Of a stretch of 64,000 nucleotides of DNA, positions 46,591 to 57,420 are shown in pieces. Position 1 is the first letter of the stretch, and the number at the start of each line of letters is the position of its first letter. A program made the translations under genes and the position numbers. Under the pieces are notes generated by a model. It did no database searches and was not told the origin of the DNA. It saw only the letters and a program-made list of their open reading frames with translations. Source of the DNA: Candidatus Omnitrophota bacterium (GTDB lineage Bacteria > Omnitrophota > Gorgyraeia > Pluralincolimonadales > Pluralincolimonadaceae); the NCBI GenBank assembly GCA_003141835.1, contig PLNR01000006.1, positions 14,558 to 78,557 of the forward strand, written 5' to 3'.

Positions 46591-47282
46591 CTAGTCACCT
46601 CCTCCATTCGCTCCATAAGCAACTCTTCGGCTAAACGATCCTCTTTATCGGTGATCTGACCTTCAAGGAACCTAGCCTGCAATTGCTTGGAGAGGCAGTT
46701 TACGAATATACTTAAGGCATTATTATACGACCATTTACGCCATACGTCAAGTGGCAAACTGACCTCTCCCTGGTGCAGCACGACCCCGAACTTGCGCCTT
46801 TGGGCCGCGCCGGCTATCTTCTTCCCGCGCGAGACCACATCCGACCTCACGGGCAGGGCAAAACACGACCCGAACGCCTTAGAAGGGACGGAGGCCGGGG
46901 CATAGAGCACGGCGTCAAGGCCTAATTCCCTTACCGCGGCGGCCACACCCTCGTGTATATGGCGGTATGACGCGACGGTCCCTTCGGGTATCACGCCTGA
47001 GCGTTCGCCGAAGACCAAAGAATACGTGATCCCGAGCTCATCATGGTATACCGAACCGCCGCCTGTGGGCCGCCTTACGATCGGCACGCTGTTCATAAGG
47101 AACGGGATATCGTCAAGCCGCTGGAATTTGCCGATAGATACGCACGGGTATGTCCAGCGGTATACTCTCAGGGTGGGATCAGACGGCTCTTCGGCCATTC
47201 GCTGCATTATCGCCTCGTCGAGGGCCATGTTGGCAGCCGGCTCGCGGGCAGCGTCAATTATCAGGCGCCAGGTTTTTTCCAT
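46587..47282 (-). CDS. Lipoate-protein ligase/octanoyltransferase (LplA/LipM family)
   Basis: [26 protein letters not shown]. Confidence 0.9.
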   Translation of the reverse strand: MEKTWRLIIDAAREPAANMALDEAIMQRMAEEPSDPTLRVYRWTYPCVSIGKFQRLDDIPFLMNSVPIVRRPTGGGSVYHDELGITYSLVFGERSGVIPEGTVASYRHIHEGVAAAVRELGLDAVLYAPASVPSKAFGSCFALPVRSDVVSRGKKIAGAAQRRKFGVVLHQGEVSLPLDVWRKWSYNNALSIFVNCLSKQLQARFLEGQITDKEDRLAEELLMERMEEVTR

Positions 47283-48715
47283 CTTAAGTTAAGCTCCCTT
47301 GCGGCGAGGACTTCATCAAGCCTGCGTACGGGGGTTATATGCGGCGCGCCGGTTAATAATAAAGGGTCTGATCTCGCTTCCGCGGCTATCTTTATCATCG
47401 TTTCAGCGAAGGCGTCGAGCGTCTCTTTCGACTCGGTCTCGGTCGGTTCTATCATTATCGCCTCCTCAACGATGAGCGGGAAATATACCGTCGGGGCGTA
47501 ATATCCGTAATCCAGCAGCCGCTTCGCGATATCGAGCGTCTTTACGCCGAACTCCTTCTTATCCTTCCCGGTGAGGACGAACTCATGCATGCACGGCTCG
47601 CCGTCTACGGCCAGCATATAATCTTTTTTGAGCTTCGCCTTCAGGTAATTCGCGTTAAGCACTGCCTCGAGCGTCGCGTCCTTGAGGCCGTCTGCGCCGA
47701 GAGATCTCATATAGCAATATGCCTTTATTATCACGCCCGTATTACCGTAAAAGGCGCGGACCCTGCCTATCGACTTTTTCGCGTCATAATCGAAGGAGAG
47801 CTTGTTCCTCTTTTGCTTTATCCTGGGGATGGGAAGGAAATCCGCGAGGATCGCCTTGACCCCGACCGGTCCCGCTCCCGGCCCGCCGCCGCCGTGCGGA
47901 GTCGAGAAGGTCTTGTGGAGGTTGACGTGGCATACGTCGAATCCCATGTCTCCGGGCCTGGCCACTCCGAGGAGCGCGTTCAAGTTCGCCCCATCCAGGT
48001 ATAATAACGCTCCTGCCTTATGGACTATATCTGCTATCTCTTTGACGTTCTTCTCGAATAGCCCGAGCGTGTTAGGATTTGTAAGCATCAGGACCGCGAC
48101 TTCTTCGCTCATTACGCTCTTGAGCGCTTCAAGATCGATGCGGCCGGCTTTATCGGACTTTACGGTTACGACCTCATATCCGCAGAGAGCGGCGCTCGCC
48201 GGGTTCGTGCCGTGCGCCGAGTCGGGTATTATGACTTTTTTGCGCGCGTTGCCTTTTGATGTATGATACGCGCGCACGATAAGCATGCCGGTAAGTTCGC
48301 CGTGCGCCCCGGCAGCGGGCTGGAGCGTGAACGCGTCCATCCCGCAGATCTTGCAGAGGGCCTGTTCCGTTTCATAAAGCACCTCGAGCATCCCCTGCAC
48401 GCTCGTCTCGGGCTGGTAAGGATGGAGCCCTGTAAATTGCGGCAGGCTCGCCATCTTCTCGTTTATCTTCGGGTTATATTTCATCGTGCATGAGCCGAGC
48501 GGATAGAAATTCGTATCTATGGAATAGTTCAGCTGGGAGAGGCGCGTAAAATGCCGCACGCAGTCGAGCTCGCTTACCTCGGGAAGGTCAGGCCCGTCCT
48601 TGCGCAGGCATTCCTGCGGGATGAGCGACTTTATATCGGCATCCGGGACATCGAGCTTTGGGAGCGAATAACCCTTCCTCCCCGGGCTGCTTATCTCAAA
48701 GATAAGTTTTTCCAT
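47261..48715 (-). CDS. gcvPB: Glycine dehydrogenase subunit 2
   Basis: [38 protein letters not shown]. Confidence 0.96.
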   Translation of the reverse strand: MEKLIFEISSPGRKGYSLPKLDVPDADIKSLIPQECLRKDGPDLPEVSELDCVRHFTRLSQLNYSIDTNFYPLGSCTMKYNPKINEKMASLPQFTGLHPYQPETSVQGMLEVLYETEQALCKICGMDAFTLQPAAGAHGELTGMLIVRAYHTSKGNARKKVIIPDSAHGTNPASAALCGYEVVTVKSDKAGRIDLEALKSVMSEEVAVLMLTNPNTLGLFEKNVKEIADIVHKAGALLYLDGANLNALLGVARPGDMGFDVCHVNLHKTFSTPHGGGGPGAGPVGVKAILADFLPIPRIKQKRNKLSFDYDAKKSIGRVRAFYGNTGVIIKAYCYMRSLGADGLKDATLEAVLNANYLKAKLKKDYMLAVDGEPCMHEFVLTGKDKKEFGVKTLDIAKRLLDYGYYAPTVYFPLIVEEAIMIEPTETESKETLDAFAETMIKIAAEARSDPLLLTGAPHITPVRRLDEVLAARELNLRWKKPGA

Positions 48716-50049
48716 CAGTGTTTCCCCAGGAGTTCGGCGAACCTGTCGAGGTCATCCTTCGACTTCGTCTCGGTGACGCAGATCAGCATGCAATTCTTCA
48801 TATCGGCGCGGAACCTGCCGAGCGGCAGGCCGCCTATCATGCCATGCTTGAGGAGGTCGCCGGTTATCTTATCCGTCTCTTTCCCGCACCTGACAACGAA
48901 TTCGTTGAAGAACGGCGCCTCGAACATCAGCTCGAACCCGCTCAATTTAAGTATCTTATCTTTAAGGTAATGGCTCTTTAAGACGTTCTGCCGCGCGACT
49001 TCCTTCATTCCTTCCTTCCCTAACAGCGAAAGATGGACGCACGCGGCCAGGGCCATGAGCCCTTCGTTGCTGCAAATATTGGACGTCGCCTTCTCCCTGC
49101 GGATATGCTGTTCGCGCGCCTGCATCGTCAGGACGAAACCGCGCTTTCCTTCGATATCTTTCGTCATACCGGCGACCCTGCCCGGCATCTTGCGCATATG
49201 TTTTTCTTTTACCGCGAAGAAACCGAGGTACGGCCCGCCGAAACTAAGAGGTATCCCGAGCGGCTGGCCTTCGCCGACCGCGATATCGGCGTTATACCCG
49301 CCCGGAGCTTTTAATATTCCGAGCGATACCGGATTTACGCAGGCGATCAGGAGCGCGCCGCAGGAATGGCAGATGGCTTCGATCTTGTCGGCTTTTTCGA
49401 TGCAGCCGAAGAAATTCGGGTTTTGGACTATTACGCAAGCCGTGGAATCGTTGGCTTCTCTTTTAAGCGCTGCCTCATCAAAGAGCCCGCCGGCATGCGG
49501 TATCTCTACGAATTCTATCTTATATCCTTCGAAATAAGTCTTCATTACCTGCCTGTACTCGGGATGCAGGGAGCTCGAGAATATCACGCGGTTCCTCCCT
49601 GTCTCCCTTACGGCAAGCATCACCGCTTCGGCCAGGGCTGAGGCGCCGTCGTACATTGAGGCGTTGGCGACGTCCATGCCGGTCAATTCGCAGATGAGGC
49701 TCTGGTATTCGTATATCGCCTGGAGCGTACCCTGGCTCGCCTCGGCCTGGTACGGCGTGTATGCGGTAAGGAATTCTCCCCTCGAGATCAACGATTCGAC
49801 GGCCTGCGGGATATAATGCTCATATGCGCCGCCGCCGAGGAAGGAATCGAGCTTCTGGGTGGAATAATTCTTCCCGGTCTTTTCAAATATAAGTTTTTTC
49901 AGCTCGAGTTCAGAGATGCCTTCGGGAAGGTCAAGTTTCTGCAGGCGGAATTCCTTGGGGATGGCGCCGAAAAGATCTTCCGGCGATGCCGCGCCTATGG
50001 CGGCGAGCATCTCTTTTTTGTCTTTATCGGTATGCGGGGAATACTTCAA
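48715..50049 (-). CDS. gcvPA: Glycine dehydrogenase subunit 1
   Basis: [35 protein letters not shown]. Confidence 0.96.
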   Translation of the reverse strand: MKYSPHTDKDKKEMLAAIGAASPEDLFGAIPKEFRLQKLDLPEGISELELKKLIFEKTGKNYSTQKLDSFLGGGAYEHYIPQAVESLISRGEFLTAYTPYQAEASQGTLQAIYEYQSLICELTGMDVANASMYDGASALAEAVMLAVRETGRNRVIFSSSLHPEYRQVMKTYFEGYKIEFVEIPHAGGLFDEAALKREANDSTACVIVQNPNFFGCIEKADKIEAICHSCGALLIACVNPVSLGILKAPGGYNADIAVGEGQPLGIPLSFGGPYLGFFAVKEKHMRKMPGRVAGMTKDIEGKRGFVLTMQAREQHIRREKATSNICSNEGLMALAACVHLSLLGKEGMKEVARQNVLKSHYLKDKILKLSGFELMFEAPFFNEFVVRCGKETDKITGDLLKHGMIGGLPLGRFRADMKNCMLICVTETKSKDDLDRFAELLGKH

Positions 50050-50050
50050 A

Positions 50051-50440
50051 TCAATGCGCTCCGGTCTTTATGAATTCGAGGTAATCCTTCTCTGTCATAA
50101 GTGAATCTATCTCGGACTTGTCCTTTATCTCTATCGCGAAGAACCAGCCCTCTTCGTAGGGCGACTTATTGACCAGCGACGGGTCCTTCTCCACGGCGCC
50201 GTTCGCCTTTACGACCTTCCCGGATACCGGGGCATATATCGAAAAGGCGGCCTTTACCGATTCCACTACCGCGGCCTCTCCTGCCTTCTCCACCTCTTTA
50301 CCTATCTTGGGAAGTTCGACGAATACGACATCGGTTATCTCTTTCTGGGCGTGGTCTGTGATGCCTACGTAGCCGGTGCTGCCCTCGACCCTAAGCCATT
50401 CATGCGTCTTTGTAAAACGCAGTTTCTCCAGATCGATCAT
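50051..50440 (-). CDS. gcvH: Glycine cleavage H protein
   Basis: THEW, VGITDHAQ, VESVKA (lipoyl Lys), PYEEGW. Confidence 0.96.
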   Translation of the reverse strand: MIDLEKLRFTKTHEWLRVEGSTGYVGITDHAQKEITDVVFVELPKIGKEVEKAGEAAVVESVKAAFSIYAPVSGKVVKANGAVEKDPSLVNKSPYEEGWFFAIEIKDKSEIDSLMTEKDYLEFIKTGAH

Positions 50441-51534
50441 TTTTTCCTCCTATAAAATGGCGTATCCACAACTACGGCCCTCTTCTTTTCGCCGTGGATT
50501 ATCACATCGAATGTCCCGCCTGTTTTCGAATTTTCCGGCGCGACATACGCAAAACCTATATTTTCTTTCAGGGTCGGCGAATAAGTACCGCTCGTAACGA
50601 TACCAGCATTCTTCCCGCTCTTTTCTATGATATATCCGGTGCGCGGGATCGCCCTGTCGAGCATCTTAAATCCCACCAGTACCTCTTTTATCCCCTTCGC
50701 CTTCCTCTCGAGTATCGCTTTTTTGCCGATGAAATCTTTGCTGAGGTCTAGCGTCTTCTCCAGCCCCGACTCCAATGGTGTTTTTGATTCATCCGTATCA
50801 ACACCATAAAGCGGGCATCCCGCCTCGAGCCTCAAAGTATCCCTCGCGCCCAGTCCTGCCGGGATGAGGCCGTATCCTTTTCCGGCCGCCAGGATATCGT
50901 TCCAGACCTTTATGCTCTTGCCTGCCGGTATGAACATCTCGAACCCGTCCTCGCCTGTGTATCCGCTCCTCGAGAGGAGCGCGTAAGAACCGTCGACTTC
51001 CGTCTCGACAAAATGGCGGTGCTTGAGTTGGTCTATGTAGGCTTTACAAAAGTGAGACAATATCTGCTGCGAGGCCGGCCCTTGTATGGCTATCCCGCCG
51101 AGCGAATCGTTTATATCTTTTATATCGGCCCCTTCCGCGTTATGGGACCGCATCCATGCAAAGTCCTTTTCAAAAGTGGAGGCATTCACTATAAGGATGT
51201 ACCTGTCGCCACCTGCGTAATATATGAAAGCGTCGTCGAGCGTTCCGCCGTTATCGTTGCATAACGGGGAATAGACTATGCCTCCCGGGGCGGCCTTCTC
51301 TATGTTATTGGTGAAGATCTTCTGCAGGAATTGCTTAGCGGATCTTCCGGAGACCTCAAGCTTCCCGAGGTGGGAGATATCGAAGAGTCCGGCTTTTGTG
51401 CGGGTCGCGTTATGCTCCTCGATAATGCCGGTATACTGGATGGGTAAAAGCCAGCCGTGGAATGAAACGACCTTCGCATTAAGACCCTTGTGCGCCTCGT
51501 AGAGGGGGGTCTTCCTGTCTTCAGTGGAAGTCAT
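50437..51534 (-). CDS. gcvT: Glycine cleavage T protein (aminomethyltransferase)
   Basis: GLFDISHLG, SRSGYTGEDGFE, GLGARDTLRLEAG. Confidence 0.96.
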   Translation of the reverse strand: MTSTEDRKTPLYEAHKGLNAKVVSFHGWLLPIQYTGIIEEHNATRTKAGLFDISHLGKLEVSGRSAKQFLQKIFTNNIEKAAPGGIVYSPLCNDNGGTLDDAFIYYAGGDRYILIVNASTFEKDFAWMRSHNAEGADIKDINDSLGGIAIQGPASQQILSHFCKAYIDQLKHRHFVETEVDGSYALLSRSGYTGEDGFEMFIPAGKSIKVWNDILAAGKGYGLIPAGLGARDTLRLEAGCPLYGVDTDESKTPLESGLEKTLDLSKDFIGKKAILERKAKGIKEVLVGFKMLDRAIPRTGYIIEKSGKNAGIVTSGTYSPTLKENIGFAYVAPENSKTGGTFDVIIHGEKKRAVVVDTPFYRRKK

Positions 51535-51537
51535 CTA

Positions 51538-53652
51538 TTATTTTTCTAGTTCTATGCTTATTCTCGCGTCGATGGCGATCGAGCCGCCGTCCCCGTCGGC
51601 CGGGAAGACCTTAAGCGGATTTATATCGAGTTCCTTTATCATCGGGAAATCCGTGACCAGCTGCGAAAGCCTGAGCAGCCCTTCTTTTATCGAATCTATA
51701 TCCGCGGGTTTCTCGCCGCGTGCGCCTTTAAGGAGCGCGACCGATTTGATCGAATCCACCATCTCAGCAGCCTCGCGCGGTAGTATCGGGGCGATCTTGA
51801 AGCTGACGTCCTTAAGCACCTCGACATAGATCCCTCCGAGCCCGAACATCAGCATCGGGCCGAATTGCGCGTCTTTCGACATGCCCAGTATGACCTCTTT
51901 CCCGCCCGAGACCATCTCCTGGACGAGGACGCCGAGGATATTCGCGTTCGGCACGGCAGCCTTGGACTTCCTCATTATCTCGTCAAACGCCGCCTCGACT
52001 TCATTGGCATCCTTGAGCCCGACCTTTACGCCACCCACGTCGGATTTATGCAATATGTCGGGCGAAGCGATCTTCATGACGACCGGATAACCCGTCTTCT
52101 CTGCCGCAGCCTTAGCCTCAGCCGCGCTCTTTGCGAGGGTGCTCTTCGGCAGCCTGAAGCCGTAGCTTTCTATGATATCGCGCGCCGTATATTCGGGTAT
52201 CTCTTTCTGCCCTGACTTGGCCGCCGCGTCGAGGATCTTCTTTACCTTATCCTTGTCGACCTTAAAGGTCTTTATCTCTTCCCTGGGAAGGTCAAGCATT
52301 CTCTTGTATTTGACCATTATATTGAATGACGCGATGGCGCGTTCCGGGAAGAGGAAATTCGGTATTTTATTATCCTGCAGGATATTCGTCCCTTTCTCCA
52401 CCATCCTCCCGCCGATAAAACTCGAGAATATGGGTTTGCTGTCCTTGGCTGCGACGAGGACGTCTGCGGTCTCCTTTATCTTACTGTTGCTCTGCGGGGT
52501 CAATATGACTATGAGGCCGTTGACGTTCGGGTCCTTGAGCAGCGCGCTTACCGCGATCTTGTACCTTTGGTCGTCGGCGTCACCTATGACGTCGACGGGA
52601 TTATTCAATGCAGCCGTCTTGGGAAGCGCCCCTCTCAGGTAGTCGACCGTCTCTTTGCTAAGCGGCGCGACTTTCGCGAACTGCGAACGCTCGACCGCAT
52701 CGACCGCGATTATCCCCGGGCCGCCGGCGTTAGTTATTATCGCGAGGTTCGGGCCCTGCGGAAGTTTCTGGTACGAGAATGCGACCGCGTAGTCGAAAAG
52801 ATCCTCTATTTTGGCTGCGCGTATTATCCCGGTCTGGGCGAACGCCGCGTCGAATGCCGCTTCCGAACCGGCAAGGCTGCCGGTATGGCTTGAAGCCGCT
52901 TTGGCCCCGGCTTTGGAACCGCCGGCCTTGCAGATTATCACGGGCTTTTTAGCCGTGACTTCCCTGGCTACGCGCATGAATTCCTTGCCGTCCTTGACGT
53001 CCTCGATATAGCCAAGAATGACCTTGGTGTCGGGATCCTCGCCGAGCGCTTTCAGCAGGTCCGTCTCCGATATATCCGCTTTATTTCCTATGCTTATGAA
53101 TTTCGAGAAACCTATCTTCTCCTTGACCGCCCAATCGAGGATAGCGGTGCAGAGCGCGCCTGACTGGGAGAAGAAAGCTATGTCGCCGGGAAGCGGCGAA
53201 ATGGCGGCAAAGGAAGCATTGAGGCGGGCTGTGGAACTTATAAATCCGAGGCAGTTGGGGCCGAGCACCCGTACGCCGTGCTCTTTCGCCACCGCCGCCA
53301 ATTCCAACTCAAGCTTCTTCCCTTCCGGGCCCGTCTCTTTGAAACCGGCTGTTATTACTATCGCGGCCTTGATGCCCTTCTTTCCGCATTCCTTCATGAC
53401 TTCGATCACGCCCGCTGCCGGGATCGCGAATACGGCAAGGTCTATATCCTCTTTTACGTCGAGGACCGAGGGATAGCACTTCTCCCCCATGACCTCTGTG
53501 TCCTTGGGGTTTATGGGGTATACCTTCCCTTTATATCCGTATTCCTTGAGGTTGAAAAGTACGTCGTGGCCGATCTTGCCTTTTTTGGGGGATGCGCCGA
53601 TTACGGCGATAGAACGGGGGTTAAAAAGCCTTTCCAGACCATTTGAGCTCAT
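51538..53652 (-). CDS. Acetate/acyl-CoA ligase (ADP-forming), fused alpha/beta
   Basis: PRSIAVIGAS, GPNCLG, SQSGAL, SSHTGSLAG, ILHKSDVGGV, LDINPL; start moved to ATG at 53652. Confidence 0.92.
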   Translation of the reverse strand: MSSNGLERLFNPRSIAVIGASPKKGKIGHDVLFNLKEYGYKGKVYPINPKDTEVMGEKCYPSVLDVKEDIDLAVFAIPAAGVIEVMKECGKKGIKAAIVITAGFKETGPEGKKLELELAAVAKEHGVRVLGPNCLGFISSTARLNASFAAISPLPGDIAFFSQSGALCTAILDWAVKEKIGFSKFISIGNKADISETDLLKALGEDPDTKVILGYIEDVKDGKEFMRVAREVTAKKPVIICKAGGSKAGAKAASSHTGSLAGSEAAFDAAFAQTGIIRAAKIEDLFDYAVAFSYQKLPQGPNLAIITNAGGPGIIAVDAVERSQFAKVAPLSKETVDYLRGALPKTAALNNPVDVIGDADDQRYKIAVSALLKDPNVNGLIVILTPQSNSKIKETADVLVAAKDSKPIFSSFIGGRMVEKGTNILQDNKIPNFLFPERAIASFNIMVKYKRMLDLPREEIKTFKVDKDKVKKILDAAAKSGQKEIPEYTARDIIESYGFRLPKSTLAKSAAEAKAAAEKTGYPVVMKIASPDILHKSDVGGVKVGLKDANEVEAAFDEIMRKSKAAVPNANILGVLVQEMVSGGKEVILGMSKDAQFGPMLMFGLGGIYVEVLKDVSFKIAPILPREAAEMVDSIKSVALLKGARGEKPADIDSIKEGLLRLSQLVTDFPMIKELDINPLKVFPADGDGGSIAIDARISIELEK

Positions 53653-53698
53653 TTCATATTCCTTAGATTTTTTGGGTTGTAAGTTGTGGGATAGGAGT

Positions 53699-53727
53699 AT
53701 TTTATTAGGAAGGGGCCAAAAAGTCAA
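53699..53727 (-). promoter_or_regulatory. Sigma70 promoter of the acyl-CoA ligase-gcv operon
   Basis: TTGACT-N17-TAAAAT. Confidence 0.65.
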
Positions 53728-53736
53728 CGAAAATTT

Positions 53737-53817
53737 GCCAAATCCTAGGGATCGCACGCGATCTCTAGGACCCCAGATCCTTGAAATCGCATAGCGATTT
53801 CAAGGAAGCCAAATCCT
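53737..53817. repeat. Tandem REP-like hairpins
   Basis: TCCTAGGGATCG-CACG-CGATCTCTAGGA and perfect TCCTTGAAATCGC-ATA-GCGATTTCAAGGA, each preceded by CCA(A/G)ATCCT. Confidence 0.65.
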
Positions 53818-53823
53818 CCGCTA

Positions 53824-54189
53824 TTATTTCTGTGGTGCCAGGATCTCCTTTATTATCTGGATTATCTCTTCCTTTTTCACCGGCTTGTTGACGAACTTGT
53901 TAACGCCGGTCTCTATCGCCTTGGCGTATATGTCCCAGTCTCCGAAGGCCGTGACCATGACGACGGGGATGCGCGGGAACTCCTTCTTGGATTTCTCGAG
54001 GAAGACCAGGCCGCTCTCCCCCGGCATCGAAAGGTCGGCGAAGACGATATCGAACTTTTCCTTCTTAAGGGCGGCCAGCCCCTCGGGCGAGTTCAGCGCG
54101 ACCGAGGCATCATGCCCTTCACTTTTCAATATCTTTGAAAAGGCCACGCCAAACTCCACGTCGTCATCGACCAGTAATATCTTCGCCAT
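53824..54189 (-). CDS. Single-domain response regulator
   Basis: ILLVDDD, ADLSMPG, VTAFG, KP. Confidence 0.93.
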   Translation of the reverse strand: MAKILLVDDDVEFGVAFSKILKSEGHDASVALNSPEGLAALKKEKFDIVFADLSMPGESGLVFLEKSKKEFPRIPVVMVTAFGDWDIYAKAIETGVNKFVNKPVKKEEIIQIIKEILAPQK

Positions 54190-54204
54190 TTAAACCCTCC
54201 TTTT

Positions 54205-55410
54205 TCAGGACACGAACGGCAGCCTTATCTTGACCTTGGTGCCTTTATTGACCTTGCTTTCGCAGGATATCCCCCCGCCCGCGGTGATGACCATGTCGCG
54301 CGCTATGTAAAGTCCCAGCCCGGTGCCCACATCCTTTGTCGTGAAGAAAGGCTCGAATATCCTCCTGAGGTTTTCCCTGGATATCCCGATGCCCGTATCC
54401 TCGATGGTGATCTCGATGTCTTTCTTCCCGCCGTTCGTATAGACCCTTATCTGGCCGCCCGTCGGCATCGCCTCGAAGGAATTCCTCATTACGTTCAACA
54501 TGATCTGGCGCAGCTCGCTCTCTTCGATCCTGGCGTCGGGCAGGTTCCCCTCAAGTTCCTTCATGAACGAGATACCTTTGTGCGCCGCCTCTTTTTCCAG
54601 GAATTTCACGAGCGAATCTAGGAGGGCGTTCACGTCGCAGCTCTTGAATCCGGACTTTGACTTCCTCATGAACTTGAGATGTTCCTCGACGACGTCGTTT
54701 ACCTCCTGGACTTCGTTCATGATGGAGCCTATCAGCGTCTCGGCTTCCTTGGTATCGAACCCCCGGCATTTCTTTATCTCATCGCCAAGGAGCTCGGCGC
54801 TGAGGCTGATGGTGCTCAGCGGGTTCCTTACCGCATGCGCTATCTGCGAAGACATCATGCCCACAGCCGCGAGCTGTTCGGCGTTTACAAGCTGGCGGTG
54901 CATCCGCCTCTCCCTTTCCGAAAGATATCCCATCGTGACGGCCAAAAGCAGCAGGAATCCCGCCCGGAGCGAGATATCGGTCCAATGGATCTTCATCAGG
55001 CAGTCCGGACAGGAAAAAATATAGACGCCCGATACGAGGAGGGCTATCCCTATGCTGGCGAAGAGGCCATAATAAAAAGAATGTATGGCGGCAAGGAGGA
55101 AAAATCCCAAAGTGAAGGTCGAATTGAGCCCGCCGGTCATCGGCACGATCACGCTGAGGAAGATAAGGTCGATGATCAGCTCAAGAAAATATATCTTGGG
55201 GGCCATGTCTGCGAACTTGAATACGCAAAGGTACAGCGCGAGGTTGTAAATGAAGTAGATCCCGATGAGGATGAGAAAAAAGAACCTGCCATTGGGAGCC
55301 ATCGGATGGTACATCCCCCAGATCAGCGCGCCGAAGACCGCCAATAACTTGACCAGCGCGAAAACGAAATCCGTCGGGTCTATTTTTAAGCCCAGCCCCT
55401 GTGAATTCAT
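54205..55410 (-). CDS. Membrane-bound sensor histidine kinase
   Basis: About 6 TM helices; IAHAVRNPL H-box; NSFEAM, DTGIGI, FFTTK, GTGLGL. Confidence 0.92.
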   Translation of the reverse strand: MNSQGLGLKIDPTDFVFALVKLLAVFGALIWGMYHPMAPNGRFFFLILIGIYFIYNLALYLCVFKFADMAPKIYFLELIIDLIFLSVIVPMTGGLNSTFTLGFFLLAAIHSFYYGLFASIGIALLVSGVYIFSCPDCLMKIHWTDISLRAGFLLLLAVTMGYLSERERRMHRQLVNAEQLAAVGMMSSQIAHAVRNPLSTISLSAELLGDEIKKCRGFDTKEAETLIGSIMNEVQEVNDVVEEHLKFMRKSKSGFKSCDVNALLDSLVKFLEKEAAHKGISFMKELEGNLPDARIEESELRQIMLNVMRNSFEAMPTGGQIRVYTNGGKKDIEITIEDTGIGISRENLRRIFEPFFTTKDVGTGLGLYIARDMVITAGGGISCESKVNKGTKVKIRLPFVS

Positions 55411-57419
55411 CGCAGCTCTTCCTTATATACCCTCAATATCTCGGCCACGCTCCATGCCTGGGATATGGCTCCCCTTGGGTTGTAAGGCGGGTCCCCGTCG
55501 AAGATCTCCGATATCGTCCCGAGACCCGCGTCCTTTATGTGCCCGGCGAGAGGCGCCAAAAACCTTTTCGCCTCCTGTCTCGTGTTATTATTCCTGCCGT
55601 AAACGTTGAGGTAGGCAACGATAAAATGCCCCAGCAGCCACGGCCAGACCGTGCCCTGGTGATAGCAGGCATCGCGCATGCGCTGGTCGCCGGAATATAC
55701 GCCGCGGTAATTCCTGTCGTTCGGCGACAGGGAGCGCAAACCGTAAGGAGTAAGGAGCTCTTTCCCGATCACATCGATGACCCTCTTCTCCTTCTCTTTC
55801 CCGATCAGCCGGTACGGGAGGCTGAGGGCTAATATCTGGTTGGGGCGCAACGATGCGTCCGGCCCGCCTTCATTGACGCAATCGTAGAGGTAGCCCCCTG
55901 CCTCGTTCCAGAAGACGATCTCAAAGCTCTTCTTCGTGAGATGGGCCAGCCGCGCGCATTCGTGCCGGTATGTGAGGCCTAGCTTCTCGCATATATCTTC
56001 CATTATCTTCAACGCGTTATACCATAACGCGTTGACCTCGACGGCCTTTCCGCTCCTCGGCGTCACCACCCATCCCCCGATCTTCGCATCCATCCAAGTC
56101 AACTGGATATCGGGGTCCTCGGTCGCGATGAGGCCGTCCCTGTCCATCTTTATCCCGAACCGCGTCCCGTTTATGTAGAACTGGATTATCTCCTCGAGGC
56201 AGTCGAGCATGTTCGATTCTACGAAATCGTAATCGTTGGTGTATTCGAGGAATTTGTGGATCGCCCAGAAGAACCACAGGGAGGAATCGACGCTGTTATA
56301 TTCTGGCTCTTTCGCCTTCTCCGGGAACCTGTTCGGTATCATGCCTTCGTCGCAGTATTTCGCGAATGCCAGCAGGATATCCCTCGCCTCATCGTACCTG
56401 CCCAGGGTAAGGGTGAGTCCCGGCAGGGATATCAGGGCATCCCTGCCCCAATCCCAGAACCAGTGGTAGCCGGCGGCTATCGTCGATAACCCGTCAGCCC
56501 GCTTGATAAGGAACGAGTCTGACGCGTTCGCCAGCTGCACGGCGAAATCATCTTTCACGCCTACCGCTGCGGCGATCTCACTGTGGCGCAGGACCTCGCT
56601 CGACTCGAGGACTTCGAGCGAGCGCATCTTGCGGCCCCCGGTCGAGGCGACGACGTACGCCTTATCGCCTTCCTTGAGCAGGAACCCGAGCTCCCCGGGG
56701 CTGTAGAGGTCCTCGTGGTACTCGAGGCCCCTTTCTTTTTCGCGCTGGTACTCGAACGATTTATACCAATACCCTGTCCGTTCGAACCTGTCGGCGTTAT
56801 TGGCCAGGTATATTATCGGGGATTCGCCGTATGGTTTCATTTTGATGTAACCATCGAGGCATTCGACGGACCTGTCGAAGCCGGAATTCTCCATAGATAC
56901 CCAGTGGTAATCGCGCGCCGCGATAAGCGGCTGCAGTACGAGCTCGAGATAACCCGGCGATTTAAGTACTTTATATGTGATCACGGTCGTATTCTCGCCG
57001 TGGACCATGAATACGGCTTTCTCTATCGTCACATCCCCGGCCTTGTAGGTGAATATGGGGAACGGGTCGATCCTGAACTCCTCGAGATATTTGTGGCCTT
57101 CCGGGTGGATTATCCCGCCGGGATAATTATTGCAGGAGAGGTTATACCTGCTCCCGTCCTTTAAGACTACGGTCTCCTCGAGCTTCGACAGCATCACCAT
57201 GCGCGCGAGCGAAGGCCCTGCCGCGGCCACGAGCAGGCCGTGGTAACGGCGGGTGTTCGTCCCGATTATGGTAGACGACGCGTAGCCGCCGAGCCCGTTC
57301 GTCTCGATCCATTCCTTGGATGAGGCGGCCTGGAAATCGCCGCATACTTCCCTGCCGAAACGGATCGTCTCGCCGGTCGAGGTCGATGCGTCCCTGAGCT
57401 CCTCTTTCGTTATCAGCAT
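55407..57419 (-). CDS. Amylo-alpha-1,6-glucosidase (glycogen debranching enzyme)
   Basis: EWIETNGLGGYAS, TRRYHGLL, AGYHWFWDWGRD, TWMDAK, LRPNQ, YHQGTVWPW, QAWSVAE. Confidence 0.93.
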   Translation of the reverse strand: MLITKEELRDASTSTGETIRFGREVCGDFQAASSKEWIETNGLGGYASSTIIGTNTRRYHGLLVAAAGPSLARMVMLSKLEETVVLKDGSRYNLSCNNYPGGIIHPEGHKYLEEFRIDPFPIFTYKAGDVTIEKAVFMVHGENTTVITYKVLKSPGYLELVLQPLIAARDYHWVSMENSGFDRSVECLDGYIKMKPYGESPIIYLANNADRFERTGYWYKSFEYQREKERGLEYHEDLYSPGELGFLLKEGDKAYVVASTGGRKMRSLEVLESSEVLRHSEIAAAVGVKDDFAVQLANASDSFLIKRADGLSTIAAGYHWFWDWGRDALISLPGLTLTLGRYDEARDILLAFAKYCDEGMIPNRFPEKAKEPEYNSVDSSLWFFWAIHKFLEYTNDYDFVESNMLDCLEEIIQFYINGTRFGIKMDRDGLIATEDPDIQLTWMDAKIGGWVVTPRSGKAVEVNALWYNALKIMEDICEKLGLTYRHECARLAHLTKKSFEIVFWNEAGGYLYDCVNEGGPDASLRPNQILALSLPYRLIGKEKEKRVIDVIGKELLTPYGLRSLSPNDRNYRGVYSGDQRMRDACYHQGTVWPWLLGHFIVAYLNVYGRNNNTRQEAKRFLAPLAGHIKDAGLGTISEIFDGDPPYNPRGAISQAWSVAEILRVYKEELR

Positions 57420-57420
57420 A

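Noticed and set aside
53737-53817. Mini CRISPR array
   Set aside because: The units are not identical repeats with unique spacers, and there are no cas genes in the window.
51530-53820. Glycine riboswitch for the gcv genes
   Set aside because: gcvT is only 3 bp from the upstream gene, and the operon leader lacks the GGAGA...CCGAAG...CTCTCAGG pattern.
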